Shown: in pieces, positions 48,563 to 58,562 of the stretch
How positions within the stretch are numbered: the first letter of the stretch is position 1
Layout: every line of letters starts with the position of its first letter
Source: Myxococcota bacterium
GTDB taxonomy: Bacteria; Myxococcota; Kuafuiibacteriia; Kuafuiibacteriales; Kuafuiibacteriaceae
Direction: 5' to 3'
NCBI GenBank assembly: GCA_965223435.1
Contig: CBDCWQ010000023.1
Coordinates: 930,607-994,606 of the forward strand
Length of the DNA: 64,000 nt
Program-made: the position numbers and the translations under genes
Notes under the pieces: model-generated
Told to the model about the DNA's origin: nothing
Databases searched by the model: none
What the model saw: the letters and a program-made list of their open reading frames with translations, nothing else

Positions 48563-48641
48563 AAGTTACGCGAATACAACGCTGCGCATCGACAACGAGC
48601 CCATGTCAAAACCTTCGATGGGAAAACGTGCCGTGTCGCCA

Positions 48642-49127
48642 TCATCGGTTGCGCCGTACACATAGCCACCAATGGTCGGGCGTGGGATGGGACCTTTTTC
48701 CGTCATCGGTGTCGGGCCACATTGAAAGGAGACGTAGCTCATCACGTTGCTCAAGGGCGTTCTTAGTCTCTTTATCAAAGCGCTGGGCCCACGACGGAGA
48801 TTCAACGATAGTTCCCCGGTGTACACGCCCCAAAGCGTCCTGGAGGTTATGTGCGACGTTGCCACTGCCCAAGATCAAGGCCCCCTCCTCGCGGAGCGCA
48901 CCCAGTGACCGGGCGAGGGTCAAATGCCCCTTGGCATCGAGTCCTCGGTCGATGCTGAGTTGGACCACCGGGATGTTGGCCTCAGGGTACATCCAGCGAA
49001 GTACACTCCATGTGCCGTGATCGAGGCCCCACTCGGTATCGACCGATGCCCGTTCCCGGCCGAGCAACTGAGTCACCTGCTTGGCAAGCTCTGGCCGGCC
49101 CGGAGCCGGGTAGCTGATCTCGTACAA
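48642..49127 (-). pseudogene. Class III extradiol (DOPA-4,5-dioxygenase/YgiD-like) dioxygenase lacking its N-terminal third.
   Basis: 'YPEANIPVVQLSID...ILGSGNVAHNL'. No in-frame N-terminal region upstream. Confidence 0.5.
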
Positions 49128-49369
49128 CGCCGAGGAAATCCAACGAAGTCATGGATGGTCGCCGGATTTGAGATGCCGGTCAGATAGGGTCCCATCGTTA
49201 GTGGCAGTGGGATGCGCTGCGGATCGAGTTGACGCATGTTGACATGCAGTCACACTCGCGAACGCCAACAGCAGCATGACACGACTCAACGTCCTGTTCC
49301 TACCTGTCGAGCCGTACGACGATCTTGTGTGCTTTAGGCCATTCGTTTTCTCGCTTTGCATTTTACCCC

Positions 49370-49750
49370 CTAAAACATTGTGTTGGTATTGGCGGATCGT
49401 TCGGGAACAATCTGGAGTACATCCCAGTGTTCGATGATCTTGCCGTGCTTATCGAATCGAAAAATGTCGATGCCGGCATAGTCCTGATCACCGGGCCACT
49501 CTTGGTAGCAGTGCAGTACAACGTATTCACCTTCTGCGATGGCTCGCTTGAAAGTCACACGCTTGCCTGGATATTCCCTAGCCATCCGTTCGAAATATGC
49601 GATAAAGGCCTCCTTGCCGTCAGCGACCTCCGGGTTGTGTTGAATGTACGCCTCTCCTACGAAGCGCTCGACTGCTTCGGCGGGCTTTGACTGGTTGAAC
49701 ATCAAGTCATAGAAGGCCTTAGCGTTTTTCTTGTTCTGTTCCGCGGACAT
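49370..49750 (-). CDS. SnoaL-like/NTF2-fold protein.
   Basis: 126 aa. '[30 protein letters not shown]' is typical of the ketosteroid-isomerase-like fold. Confidence 0.6.
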   Translation of the reverse strand: MSAEQNKKNAKAFYDLMFNQSKPAEAVERFVGEAYIQHNPEVADGKEAFIAYFERMAREYPGKRVTFKRAIAEGEYVVLHCYQEWPGDQDYAGIDIFRFDKHGKIIEHWDVLQIVPERSANTNTMF

Positions 49751-50384
49751 ACAGCTGGATCCTTTCTCTCATATTCCTAGCCTGCGAGTCGAATTTCACA
49801 AATCTCAAAGTGATAATTCGCAGTTGAGAATTACTAAATTTGGTCCTAGATCGCTTGATATGAAGTCTGAGGGAGCCGCGTCGGATGCTCGCAATCCATT
49901 AAGGGGAATCAACCTCAGCCACCTGCCAGTCCTAGATGCCTTGCTCCGACATCGCAGCGCCTCGGAAGCGGCCACTGAGTTGGGTGTTACGCCATCGGCC
50001 ATAAATTCTTTCACGATGGCGCCCGAAATCGTTGCGGCCACCGACGCGGTCTTGACGTTACCAACCCGACTCGCGCGCGCCGTTGCGGCGGTTCCGGTCT
50101 ACGCGTGCTCGAACCTCCCCTACCTTATCCAAGTTTCTCTGTCGACGTTTCTTGGAACCGAGGACGCGAGGACGAAGCGCTCAGGTGGATCCGCGCGCAA
50201 CTTCACTCCACCGCGGCGAAGGCCTTCGGCCGGTCGTGATCGCCATTGTTCAGGCGGAGGCCGGAACTGCAGCTCCATTCTCATTGCGTCAATTCGCAGC
50301 GAAGCTTTCATTGAGAAAAACGCAGTCAACCCGATCCTAAGCGATCGAAATGATCGAACTTTTCGATTTCGAGGCGGGCCCTAA
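49731..50384 (+). pseudogene. LysR-family regulator remnant: the HTH is fused to a short C-terminal piece, with an internal deletion.
   Basis: 'INLSHLPVLDALLRHRSASEAATELGVTPSAINS' is a LysR HTH. Divergent from the SnoaL-like gene. Confidence 0.4.
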
Positions 50385-50585
50385 CTAAAGCAGGTCATGT
50401 GTAATATCATTTCTGTTAGCGCCCGAGGTTGTTGATGCCCTGAGCAAGTCCCGCGGTCGCGCTATTCGGTGGATCTCAAGTGAACGGTGTACTGAGTGCC
50501 GTCACTAAACTTGGCGTAGTGCTTGAGTCGTCATAGGGTCTTCCCGCAGGAGGTGGCGGGTAGGCGCTGACACACCAACCCGCCG

Positions 50586-50990
50586 GTGCTCCGCAAAGAA
50601 TTGATCGAAAAAATACGAAGCTCCTTAGGGATGGTTCATGCGCCGATGGAGATCAAGCAGTGGCAGCAAAATTTTCCAACGGTGGAGATTGCGCGCCCGT
50701 GTCGCTGTCCCCGCTGCCAGACGGGATCTCGGCGTCCAGGTTTCAGGGCCATGGGGGCGTTCAACGGGACGTCTGGGGCCCTTCGGAGGTTGGAGCTGTC
50801 CCGGAGATTGTCTCGGTGCGTCTTCGACGGTTTCGGTGCCTGGCTTGCTATGCGGTCATTCGCGTGGGCCCTCGAGGCTTGTTTGCGCATCGTCGATACA
50901 GCGCAGGGGCCATCGGACTGGCCCTGGCCCTTTGGGCGGTATTCAAAGTAAAGACCCACAAAGCGCGCACGGCCGTCAGTCCTTGAAGGG
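50586..50990 (+). pseudogene. Zn-ribbon gene of the decayed transposition-module copy, frameshifted.
   Basis: 'CRCPRCQ' and 'RRFRCLACYAVIRVGPRGL...IGLALALWAV' lie in two frames. Paralogous to 60298-60714. Confidence 0.45.
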
Positions 50991-51279
50991 AAGTCGCGGT
51001 CGAAACGAAGTATCGCTGGCCATCCCTCATCCGCTGGGCACGGGTTGCCACTCAGGGACATTTTTGGCCCCTCTTACGACGGGCATCTGAGGCCACGGTC
51101 CTTCGTGAAGCAACCGCAGGCGCTGTTCGCACTGTCGTAGCAGCGCTTCCGGAGTCATCGCTAGGTCCGTTGACGATGCGACAAGTATTTGCAGCCGCTC
51201 AAACAGAAGCGAGGACCTCATAGCGGGTACACAACAGCCATAGCCCCCCCCACCGTCTGCGATCGTAGTCAAGGAACGG

Positions 51280-52566
51280 ATGCAGGGGGACCTTCATTTC
51301 TTTGACGGGCTGCATGACTACGGCCCTAAAAGAAAGGAAGGAAGTATGTCCCCATCGTTGAAACCCAAAGACCACGCCGAAGCCGTGGCGCTCTTCCGTG
51401 CCCAGGTTATTGGTCCACTGACCGCTCGGTCGCTCTCACACGGTGATCTGGCCGAGGAGCTTCGCCATCTCGGCAAGAGACGGTTCTGTCCACCTTGGTT
51501 ATCCCATAGCCGCACCTATTCGGTGACGACATTGGAGCGCTGGTACTACGACTACAGAAAACTCGGATTCGAAGGACTTCGACCGCGTCCCCGTTCCGAC
51601 CGCGGTTACGCTCGAGCCTTGACTCAAAAGCAGCGCGATCTGATCTTACAGATTGCCCAGGAACGACCCGAGGTAAGTGTCACCGTGCTCGTCCGCACAC
51701 TTGTCGCAGACGGCCGGCTCAACAAGGGCGAGGTCTCTGAAAACGACCGTTCGCCGTTTACTGGCGGACCATGGCCTTGACCGCCAAATGCGGCGTCAAC
51801 GCATCAAGGGACAAAGGCGACGCTGGCAGGCGGCTTTGCCTGATAACCTTTGGCACGCCGATGTTTGCCATGGTATGTCGCTCAAGAATCACGGTCGAAC
51901 GACCCCATTGCGTGTCCATGCGATTCTCGATGACGCATCTCACTTTATCGTGGCTATTCGAGCCTTCTCGTCCGAGCGTGAGGTTGACATGCTTGAGCTC
52001 CTCGTTCAGGCACTTCGCCGTGCCGGGCCGCCGCAAACGTTGTACTTGGACAACGGCTCAACATACCGAGGTGAGGCTCTTTCCCTAGCCTGCGTACGCA
52101 TGGGTATTCGTGTGGTCCACGCGTCGATCAGCATTATCATGGGGCACCCCACGCGGGTTTGGTGGGCCGATGCCCGGCTGATGTTTATGCCACGGACGGC
52201 TTACCGCGTGACCCCATCACAGATGAGGACCTGCGTCGTGCACTTACGGTTCGGAACTCGCGACGAGTCCGACGCGACGGCACACTCTCGGTCGGCGGGC
52301 TCGACTGGGAGCTTGAGGCTGGATATCTCGCTGGGAAAATCGTAACCGTCGCACGGACACTATTCGAGCCACAGGTGCCGCCCTGGGTTGAGGTGGGTGA
52401 TAGACGATACATTGTCAAACCAGTCGATCCCATCGCCAACGCGATGCGGCCAAGAAGGAAAACGAAGAACCGACCAAGGGGGGTCGATGCCATTCCCTTT
52501 GACCCTGCGGGCGCGCTCCTTGATCGCATGCTTCACCGAGACCTCACGAAAGGAGGTGAGCAATGA
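51280..52566 (+). pseudogene. Mu/TniA-type DDE (rve) transposase with at least two frameshifts. Paralog of 61033-62367.
   Basis: The N-terminus, the 'LWHADVCH...LDNGSTYRGE' core and the C-terminus are in three frames. About 45% amino-acid identity to the intact copy. Confidence 0.65.
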
Positions 52567-53040
52567 ACCGTCCGCTGTGGCCTTCACATTTCGGATTAAA
52601 AACACCGCCCTTTGCGAAAGACCTCCTGGACAGCCAGCTGTGGCTGCCCTCCGCCCGAACAGCCGTCGTCGACGATATCGTACAGGCCGTTCGGGAACGG
52701 GAGCATGTCTTACTCGTAGGAGAACCCGGTGTGGGAAAGACGTGCTCCCTCAGAGCGGCAAGACATCGTCTTCCCGAGGCTGGATTTCGTCTCACGTATT
52801 GTCACAACGCAACCCTGGGCCGCCGCGACTTTTACCGGCAGCTCTGCCTCGCCCTCGGACTTGCTCCCAAGGCCACCGCTGCCTCGGTTTTCTACGCCAT
52901 CAACACCCATGTCGAGGATTTGGGGCGAGAGCGTATGCATCCGGTCTTCCTCATCGACGAAGCCCATTTCCCAAAATCGTCGATCGTGAGCTTCTGGGAC
53001 ACGTGCTCGAGGCCGACGCAAGACCCCAGCTCTCCTAGCC
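52563..53040 (+). pseudogene. TniB/ExeA-like AAA+ ATPase, frameshifted and truncated ~200 bp before the IS66 insertion.
   Basis: 'LLVGEPGVGKTCSL', 'FLIDEAHF', then a frame change. Confidence 0.6.
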
Positions 53041-53259
53041 CACTCACGAAATCTAACTCGGAATAGCTCTCCAGGCTGCCGCCTGTTACACCTCGATCAG
53101 CTTGACCGCAAAGCCACTGCTCACCTTGAGCGGTAACACCATTGAAGAAGAAAGTTACCGGCTGCATGAGGTCACCTTAAGCGCCAAGAGCAGAAGGCAG
53201 AAGCGTCGAAAGGCCGGGGCCGCTGCGCGTAAGATGTCGTCGTAACGTAACTGTTCTTT

Positions 53260-53622
53260 TTGGGGCGCCTAGGCGAGCGTGATCGCATACAGCATGCTCG
53301 GTACATGAGCGAATCCTACTTCACAAAGGCGGATGGCAAGGCGCTTGTTTCTGAATGGCGGAGAAGCGAATTGAGCAAGGGAGAGTTTTGTCGAGTTCGA
53401 GGTGTGTCGAAACCGAAGCTGGTGTACTGGACGAACCAGGTTGGGGTCTCGCCGAGCTTCATTGAAGTCACAGCACCATCCCGTAACAAGAGGAGAGAAT
53501 CTGACAGCCTCGGTTTTGAGGAATCCGTCGAGGTCTTGATTGGAGATGCCTTCGTTCGCTTTCCGAGTCAGCCGGGGGTTGTGGGGGAGATCCTTGATAT
53601 ACTTATGGGTGGCGACCGTTGA
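53260..53622 (+). CDS. IS66 TnpA-like (Orf1) HTH protein.
   Basis: 120 aa. First gene of the IS66 triplet. Confidence 0.7.
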   Translation: MGRLGERDRIQHARYMSESYFTKADGKALVSEWRRSELSKGEFCRVRGVSKPKLVYWTNQVGVSPSFIEVTAPSRNKRRESDSLGFEESVEVLIGDAFVRFPSQPGVVGEILDILMGGDR

Positions 53623-53987
53623 TTCCTTCCGGTACTCGGGTCTTTTTCGCAGTCGAGCCGGTTGATCTTCGTCGTTCTTTCGACGGATTGGCAGCAACTG
53701 CGCTTCAAGACTTAAAGATTGATCCGCGCCACGGAGGCCTGTTTGTGTTCCTTAACAAGCGATGCAACCAAGTGCGCGTGCTCTTTCGTGATCCGCACGG
53801 CTGGTGCATTCTTGCGAAGCGACTCGACCGAGGACGATTTCGTCGTCCCCGGTTCGAAGATGGTCGGTTCTGTTGGGAAATGGACACGAAATCTATGCTT
53901 CGTTTTTTAGATGACATCGACCTTTCGTCGATGAAACGAGGACGGAGAACACAAACATCGCCGACGCTGAAGCTTTTGGAAACTTAG
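53619..53987 (+). CDS. IS66 TnpB (Orf2).
   Basis: 'IPSGTRVFFAVEPVDLRRSFDGLAA...VFLNKRCNQVRVLFRDPHGWCILAKRL' is the IS66 Orf2 signature. Confidence 0.8.
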   Translation: MIPSGTRVFFAVEPVDLRRSFDGLAATALQDLKIDPRHGGLFVFLNKRCNQVRVLFRDPHGWCILAKRLDRGRFRRPRFEDGRFCWEMDTKSMLRFLDDIDLSSMKRGRRTQTSPTLKLLET

Positions 53988-54119
53988 CGTTTTCTGCTTG
54001 CCTCGTAAGCTTTGAGCTTGTAACTCCAATTCATCTCGAAGACGCGTATCAAGAAGGCGACTACCGAGCTGGTCAACTTCACGGACCTCATCGAAGTCCT
54101 TTCGAACAAGGGCGGCGAA

Positions 54120-55685
54120 ATGCCCTCAAAAGAGGCGCTTGCGGCCGTTCTTCAGACCGCTCAGAAGGTCATCGAAGATCAGGCTGTCGAGATCCACCAT
54201 CTACAAAGGCAGTTGTTCGGACGGCGCTCGGAGAAGGTACTTCTGGGCCAGCAGAGTCTCTTTGTCGACACGCTCGAAGCTGTAGCCTTGCGAACGCCGG
54301 AGCCTGAGCCAGAAGAAGAAGATACGCCCGGGCCAAAGAAACGAAAAAGGAAGAAGCGGCGCGCCCCGCTCAAGCCCACACGCACCGAGAAGATCTGTGT
54401 TGCTGACGAAGACCGGCCCTGGCCTCAATGCGGTGAGCCTCGGTGCACCATCGGTCACAACCGGAGTCTCGTTGTCGAGTACACGCCACCGAAGTTTGAG
54501 GTTATCGAATACTTGCGTGAAACCATCGCGTGCAGGCTGTGCGAAGGTGAAGTGAAAAAAGCTCCAGCACCCTCAACCCATGCCCGGGACGGCGCTTGGC
54601 CGGGACCAAAGCTTCTCGCTGCTCTGATAACGAACAAGACGGTGGATGGGCTTCCACTTCGTCGTACGCAGAAGGTTTTCAGACGCACCGGGGGCAATTT
54701 CGCAATCTCCACGCTCAGCCGCTGGGAAAGCTTTGGGCACGAAATCCTTAAGCCGCTCTGTCATCGTATCACCGAGCTCGTCCGCAAGTCCGACATGATT
54801 AACCTCGATGATACATCTATTCGCGTCCGAGACCGAGACGTCGAGGGCGGCGTGGTGAATGGGAAGATGTGGGTATTCGTAGGGCGGTACTTCGATCCCG
54901 GAGGCGACCTTTCGAAGACTTTGACCTATGTGGCTTACCAATACGCGCCCACGTGGGAGGCAGAGCACCCCGAGAAGTGGCTTCGTGACTCCAAAGCAGT
55001 GCTTCAGGGTGATGCGTATCGGGGCTACGAACGGATCGCCGACGCGAACAGGGGTGATAAGGTTGGACGACTGCTCGCGGGATGCTGTATGCACGCACGT
55101 CGACCGTTCGTTCAAGCACTCGAATTCGGAGATACCGCGGCGCGTCCTTTTGTCGATGCGTTCCAGCGTATCTATCGAATCGAAGCACAGTGCAAAGAAC
55201 ATGCTTTGCTTGCCCCTCAGCGACTTGAGCGACGGCGCACCCAGAGTCTCCCCATTATGGAGGAAATCCTCGAGCACGCTGAGGCACTCAAGCCTATGCC
55301 TCTGCTCAAGCCCATGAAGCAAGGGGTGACCTACTTCACCAATCAGTGGGATAAGCTCAGACTTCCCTTTGCGATAGACGGCCGCCTCGAGATTGATAAC
55401 GGGGAGGCGGAACGGCGACTCCGCCGCATTGCTTCCGGAAGAAAGTCCTGGCTCTTTGCTGGCTCCAGGGGAGGCGCCGAGCGATTCGCCGATGTCCTTT
55501 CGGTTGTCTCCACCGCCGACGCGGCAGGCGTCGATTGTGGAAAGTACCTTCCTAGCATCATCGCCAACATCGACACTTGGCCGAACCGGGAGCTCGATCA
55601 GCTCTTGCCAGCCAACTGGCAAACCGCGCTCGAAGATTTCCTTCGCGAGAATAACATTCAGAACTCCACACCTGCTGTACATTGA
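54120..55685 (+). CDS. IS66-family transposase TnpC.
   Basis: 521 aa. Leucine zipper, CxxC zinc motif, IS66 DDE core. Confidence 0.85.
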   Translation: MPSKEALAAVLQTAQKVIEDQAVEIHHLQRQLFGRRSEKVLLGQQSLFVDTLEAVALRTPEPEPEEEDTPGPKKRKRKKRRAPLKPTRTEKICVADEDRPWPQCGEPRCTIGHNRSLVVEYTPPKFEVIEYLRETIACRLCEGEVKKAPAPSTHARDGAWPGPKLLAALITNKTVDGLPLRRTQKVFRRTGGNFAISTLSRWESFGHEILKPLCHRITELVRKSDMINLDDTSIRVRDRDVEGGVVNGKMWVFVGRYFDPGGDLSKTLTYVAYQYAPTWEAEHPEKWLRDSKAVLQGDAYRGYERIADANRGDKVGRLLAGCCMHARRPFVQALEFGDTAARPFVDAFQRIYRIEAQCKEHALLAPQRLERRRTQSLPIMEEILEHAEALKPMPLLKPMKQGVTYFTNQWDKLRLPFAIDGRLEIDNGEAERRLRRIASGRKSWLFAGSRGGAERFADVLSVVSTADAAGVDCGKYLPSIIANIDTWPNRELDQLLPANWQTALEDFLRENNIQNSTPAVH

Positions 55686-55864
55686 GCGCAGACCTCAACG
55701 TTACACCATGAAGCGGGCCCGGCTAGACGCCCCAAAAAGAACAGTTACATTCATGGAGTCTGCGGGCTGGTTCCGATCAGGGATGAGTTGCGTTCGGGCG
55801 TACCGGTGCCTCGGGCGCTGTGCCTCGGGCGCCGGAATACGGGGAATCAAGAGGGCGTGCGCAT

Positions 55865-57103
55865 TCAAGATGTGTCCACCTTTTCCGGGGCTCGCAACAA
55901 GAGCTCGGCCAATTCGATCGGTGATAGAGGCCGGAGACAGTGCATGCGGCCCCCCGCGCAGGCCGGACAGGCCATGACGTCGATTCCGGTCTGATTGAAA
56001 AATCGCTCCCACCATGGAGTGGTTGCCTCGGGCGCCGTCTCGCTCTTCGGTCGTGAGGATGTATCAGATTTGTCGTTGATCAAGCGGAATGCTGCCTGAA
56101 GCTTGGTGTTTACGTTGCTCGAAGCACAGATTCCATAGTGCCTGATTCGGACGAAGCCATGGGGCAAGACGTGCAGAAGAAATCGGCGCAGAAACTCGAC
56201 GGCGTCGAGCGTCATGCGCTTCTTTTTACAGCCATCGGTGTAGTCTTTGAACCGAAAATCGACCTTACCATCACCGACGTGGAGGATGCGGTGATTTGAG
56301 ATCGCAATGCGATGGGTATAATTCCCGAGATAGCGAAAAACCTGCTCCGCACCACCAAAGGGCGGTTTAGCGTAGACGATCCAGTCCTCGGCATAGAGGT
56401 TATTTTTGAGGGCGCGCCACGTGGTTTTGTCCGCAAGCTCGGCGGTGCTTCCTCCGAATTTCAGCTCGCCGCCCTTGTAGGCCCGTTCCAGTGCAGCTAA
56501 AAACTTTCCTCGGAAGAGTCGTCCGAGCACTTTGACGGGCAAAAGGTATTTCTCTTGGGCTGAGATCCAGCGTGTTCCGTCGGGGGACAGTCCGCCTCCG
56601 GTGACCACGCAGTGCACATGGGGATGAAAAAGAAGGTTCTGGCCCCAGGTGTGGAGGACCATCGTGAAGCCGAGCTGGGCGCCGAGATGCTTCTTGTCTT
56701 GAGCGATGGTCTGCAAGGTCTCTGACGCGGCGGCAAAAAGAATGTTGAAGAGGACCTTTTTGTTTCTGAGCGCGACCGGATTGAGCGCGTCTGGGATCGT
56801 AAAGACAACATGGAAATAGGGGACGGGAAGAAGCCGCTCGAGTCGCTGGGTGAGCCATTCGGCCCGCGCGGTATTTTGACACTTCGGGCAGTGCCTATCC
56901 CGGCAAGAGTTGTACGAGATACGCTGATGTTCGCAGGTGTCACACGCCTGCAAATGGCTGCCCAAAGCGGCCGTGTGACATTCCCCGATATGTTTCAACA
57001 CCGCTTCTTGGGCCGCCGAGGGGCGGTGCGCACGACGGTATTCCTCGCCGTGCGCACGCACCACGTCCGCGACCTCGAAACGAGGCCGGCTCTGTGAGGC
57101 CAT
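55865..57103 (-). CDS. IS91-family (HUH, Y2) transposase.
   Basis: N-terminal Zn-binding 'CDTCEHQRISYNSCRDRHCPKCQ'. 'HTWGQNLLFHPHVHCVVTGGG'. 'RYLGNYTHRIAISNHRI'. Confidence 0.85.
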   Translation of the reverse strand: MASQSRPRFEVADVVRAHGEEYRRAHRPSAAQEAVLKHIGECHTAALGSHLQACDTCEHQRISYNSCRDRHCPKCQNTARAEWLTQRLERLLPVPYFHVVFTIPDALNPVALRNKKVLFNILFAAASETLQTIAQDKKHLGAQLGFTMVLHTWGQNLLFHPHVHCVVTGGGLSPDGTRWISAQEKYLLPVKVLGRLFRGKFLAALERAYKGGELKFGGSTAELADKTTWRALKNNLYAEDWIVYAKPPFGGAEQVFRYLGNYTHRIAISNHRILHVGDGKVDFRFKDYTDGCKKKRMTLDAVEFLRRFLLHVLPHGFVRIRHYGICASSNVNTKLQAAFRLINDKSDTSSRPKSETAPEATTPWWERFFNQTGIDVMACPACAGGRMHCLRPLSPIELAELLLRAPEKVDTS

Positions 57104-57118
57104 CGATGACGACCCGTG

Positions 57119-58042
57119 TCAGCCGAGCTTCTTGCCCGCTTCAGTCCCCAGAAGGTCGAGCGGGCTTTTCACCCGGCCGATGTGTTCTAAGCTCACGTGA
57201 GTGTAGACTTGGGTGGCCCGGAGCGAGCTGTGACCCAGCAAAGCCTGGATGACAGCGATGTCTACACCGCTCTCTAAAAGATGCGTGGCAAAGCAATGAC
57301 GAAGGACATGCGGCGTCACCTTCTTTTGGATACCGGCTGAGGCGACGGCAAGGTGGAAGACTTGCCGGGCTGTCGTGGCAGAAATGTGCCCTGCCGCGCT
57401 CCGGCCGGGAAAGAGCCAGCTTTTCGGACGGTGTTCCCGAAAGTAGTCGCGAAGAACAACAAGAAAGCGTTGGGAAAGGACTGTGTAACGATCCTTTTGG
57501 CCCTTACCCGCGCGGACATGGATGAGCATTCGCTTGGAATCGATGTCCTCGGGCCGCAGTTGACAGGCTTCGGTAATCAGAAGTCCCGCCGCGTACAGAC
57601 TCATAAGCATCGCGTGATATTTTGGGCGGGTCACCGCATTCAGGAGACGCTGCACCTCGGTGCCGTTGAGGACAGAAGGTAGCTTTATCTTCTTTTTCTG
57701 GGTGGGAAGATGCTCGACCTCAATCGGTCTCTTGAGCGTTTTGGTGTACAGGAAGATAAGGGCGGCTCGTACCTGCCGGTAGGTCTCCCGCGAGCATTTT
57801 TTCTCATCGACCATGTACAGCAGGTACTGGCGGATTTCATCCTCACCCATTTGTGCGGGCGATCGCATATGATATTTGGCGAAAAGTTTCGCGTAAAGTA
57901 AGTAGATCTTCTGGGTCCAGGGGCTGTACCCTCCGAGCCGGAGATCGGTATGCATTCGTTCTCTAAGTTTTCCCATGATGTCCTCCTTGGGTGGGTTGTT
58001 TTGTGGTGACTCAACCGTCCAAGGGGGACGTCTCTTTTTCAA
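57119..58042 (-). CDS. Tyrosine recombinase (XerC/D-like phage integrase), adjacent to and co-oriented with the IS91-family transposase. Alternative start at 57979.
   Basis: 'HVLRHCFATHLLESGVDIAVIQALLGHSSLRATQVYTHV' is the catalytic R-H-R-Y region. Confidence 0.85.
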   Translation of the reverse strand: MKKRRPPWTVESPQNNPPKEDIMGKLRERMHTDLRLGGYSPWTQKIYLLYAKLFAKYHMRSPAQMGEDEIRQYLLYMVDEKKCSRETYRQVRAALIFLYTKTLKRPIEVEHLPTQKKKIKLPSVLNGTEVQRLLNAVTRPKYHAMLMSLYAAGLLITEACQLRPEDIDSKRMLIHVRAGKGQKDRYTVLSQRFLVVLRDYFREHRPKSWLFPGRSAAGHISATTARQVFHLAVASAGIQKKVTPHVLRHCFATHLLESGVDIAVIQALLGHSSLRATQVYTHVSLEHIGRVKSPLDLLGTEAGKKLG

Positions 58043-58102
58043 GCCTTGCGCGTTGACAAAGAGCTGTGGTTTCTTTGAACAGGCTACAATCGGGTACTTG
58101 GC

Positions 58103-58324
58103 ATGGAACCACCGCGCATTTTTTGTGGTTTCAACGGATTGATCGACGATGATATCTATGGATTGAGTTGCGTCGGCACGACGAGAGATCTCGAGCGGCT
58201 GGGGTTACAGCTTCAAGCCGGGATGCAGGTCGTGCTCTACGATTACGACGCTTTCGATTCTGGCCAGCCAGCCTGGATCTTGGCTGACGCTGTCGTCATA
58301 GAGAAAGATACGTGGGCCTTGTAG
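58103..58324 (+). CDS. Hypothetical 73-aa protein, followed by a hairpin terminator.
   Basis: Coding-like composition. No recognised domain. Confidence 0.35.
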   Translation: MEPPRIFCGFNGLIDDDIYGLSCVGTTRDLERLGLQLQAGMQVVLYDYDAFDSGQPAWILADAVVIEKDTWAL

Positions 58325-58395
58325 CGAAAGTCGATCCCAAGTCATTCAGGTGGGAGCCGCGTAAAGAGGAAAAATAAGTTCTAGCAGGAGAAGCT

Positions 58396-58419
58396 ACCGC
58401 GCGAAGCGCGGTTTCGTTC
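58396..58419 (+). terminator. Rho-independent-terminator-like hairpin ACCGCGC-gaa-GCGCGGT followed by TTCGTTC.
   Basis: Perfect 7-bp GC stem plus a U-rich tail, downstream of the 58103-58324 ORF. Confidence 0.5.
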
Positions 58420-58562
58420 AACGCCGGGAAACGCCACGAAACGGGTCGAGGCGCTCGGTTAGCTGTTTTTCCCTTTGTCGGGTCCGACCACGTTCGCAAA
58501 GCTGACTGAACCCTGTTCGCATAGGACTCGCCGTAGCTATCGGCTGTGATCTCTTTGTCTAT

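Larger units (their letters stand above)
53242..55752 (+). mobile_element. Complete IS66-family insertion sequence (~2.5 kb) with imperfect terminal IRs of about 24 bp.
   Basis: Left end 'gtaacgtaactgttctttttggggcg'. Right end 'cgccccaaaaagaacagttacatt'. Contains tnpA, tnpB and tnpC. Confidence 0.85.

Noticed and set aside
54573-55682. 369-aa minus-strand ORF inside IS66 tnpC (and its duplicate 10879-11328)
   Set aside because: Antisense to the IS66 transposase. Its N-terminal identity with the 10879-11328 ORF simply reflects the duplicated IS66 DNA.
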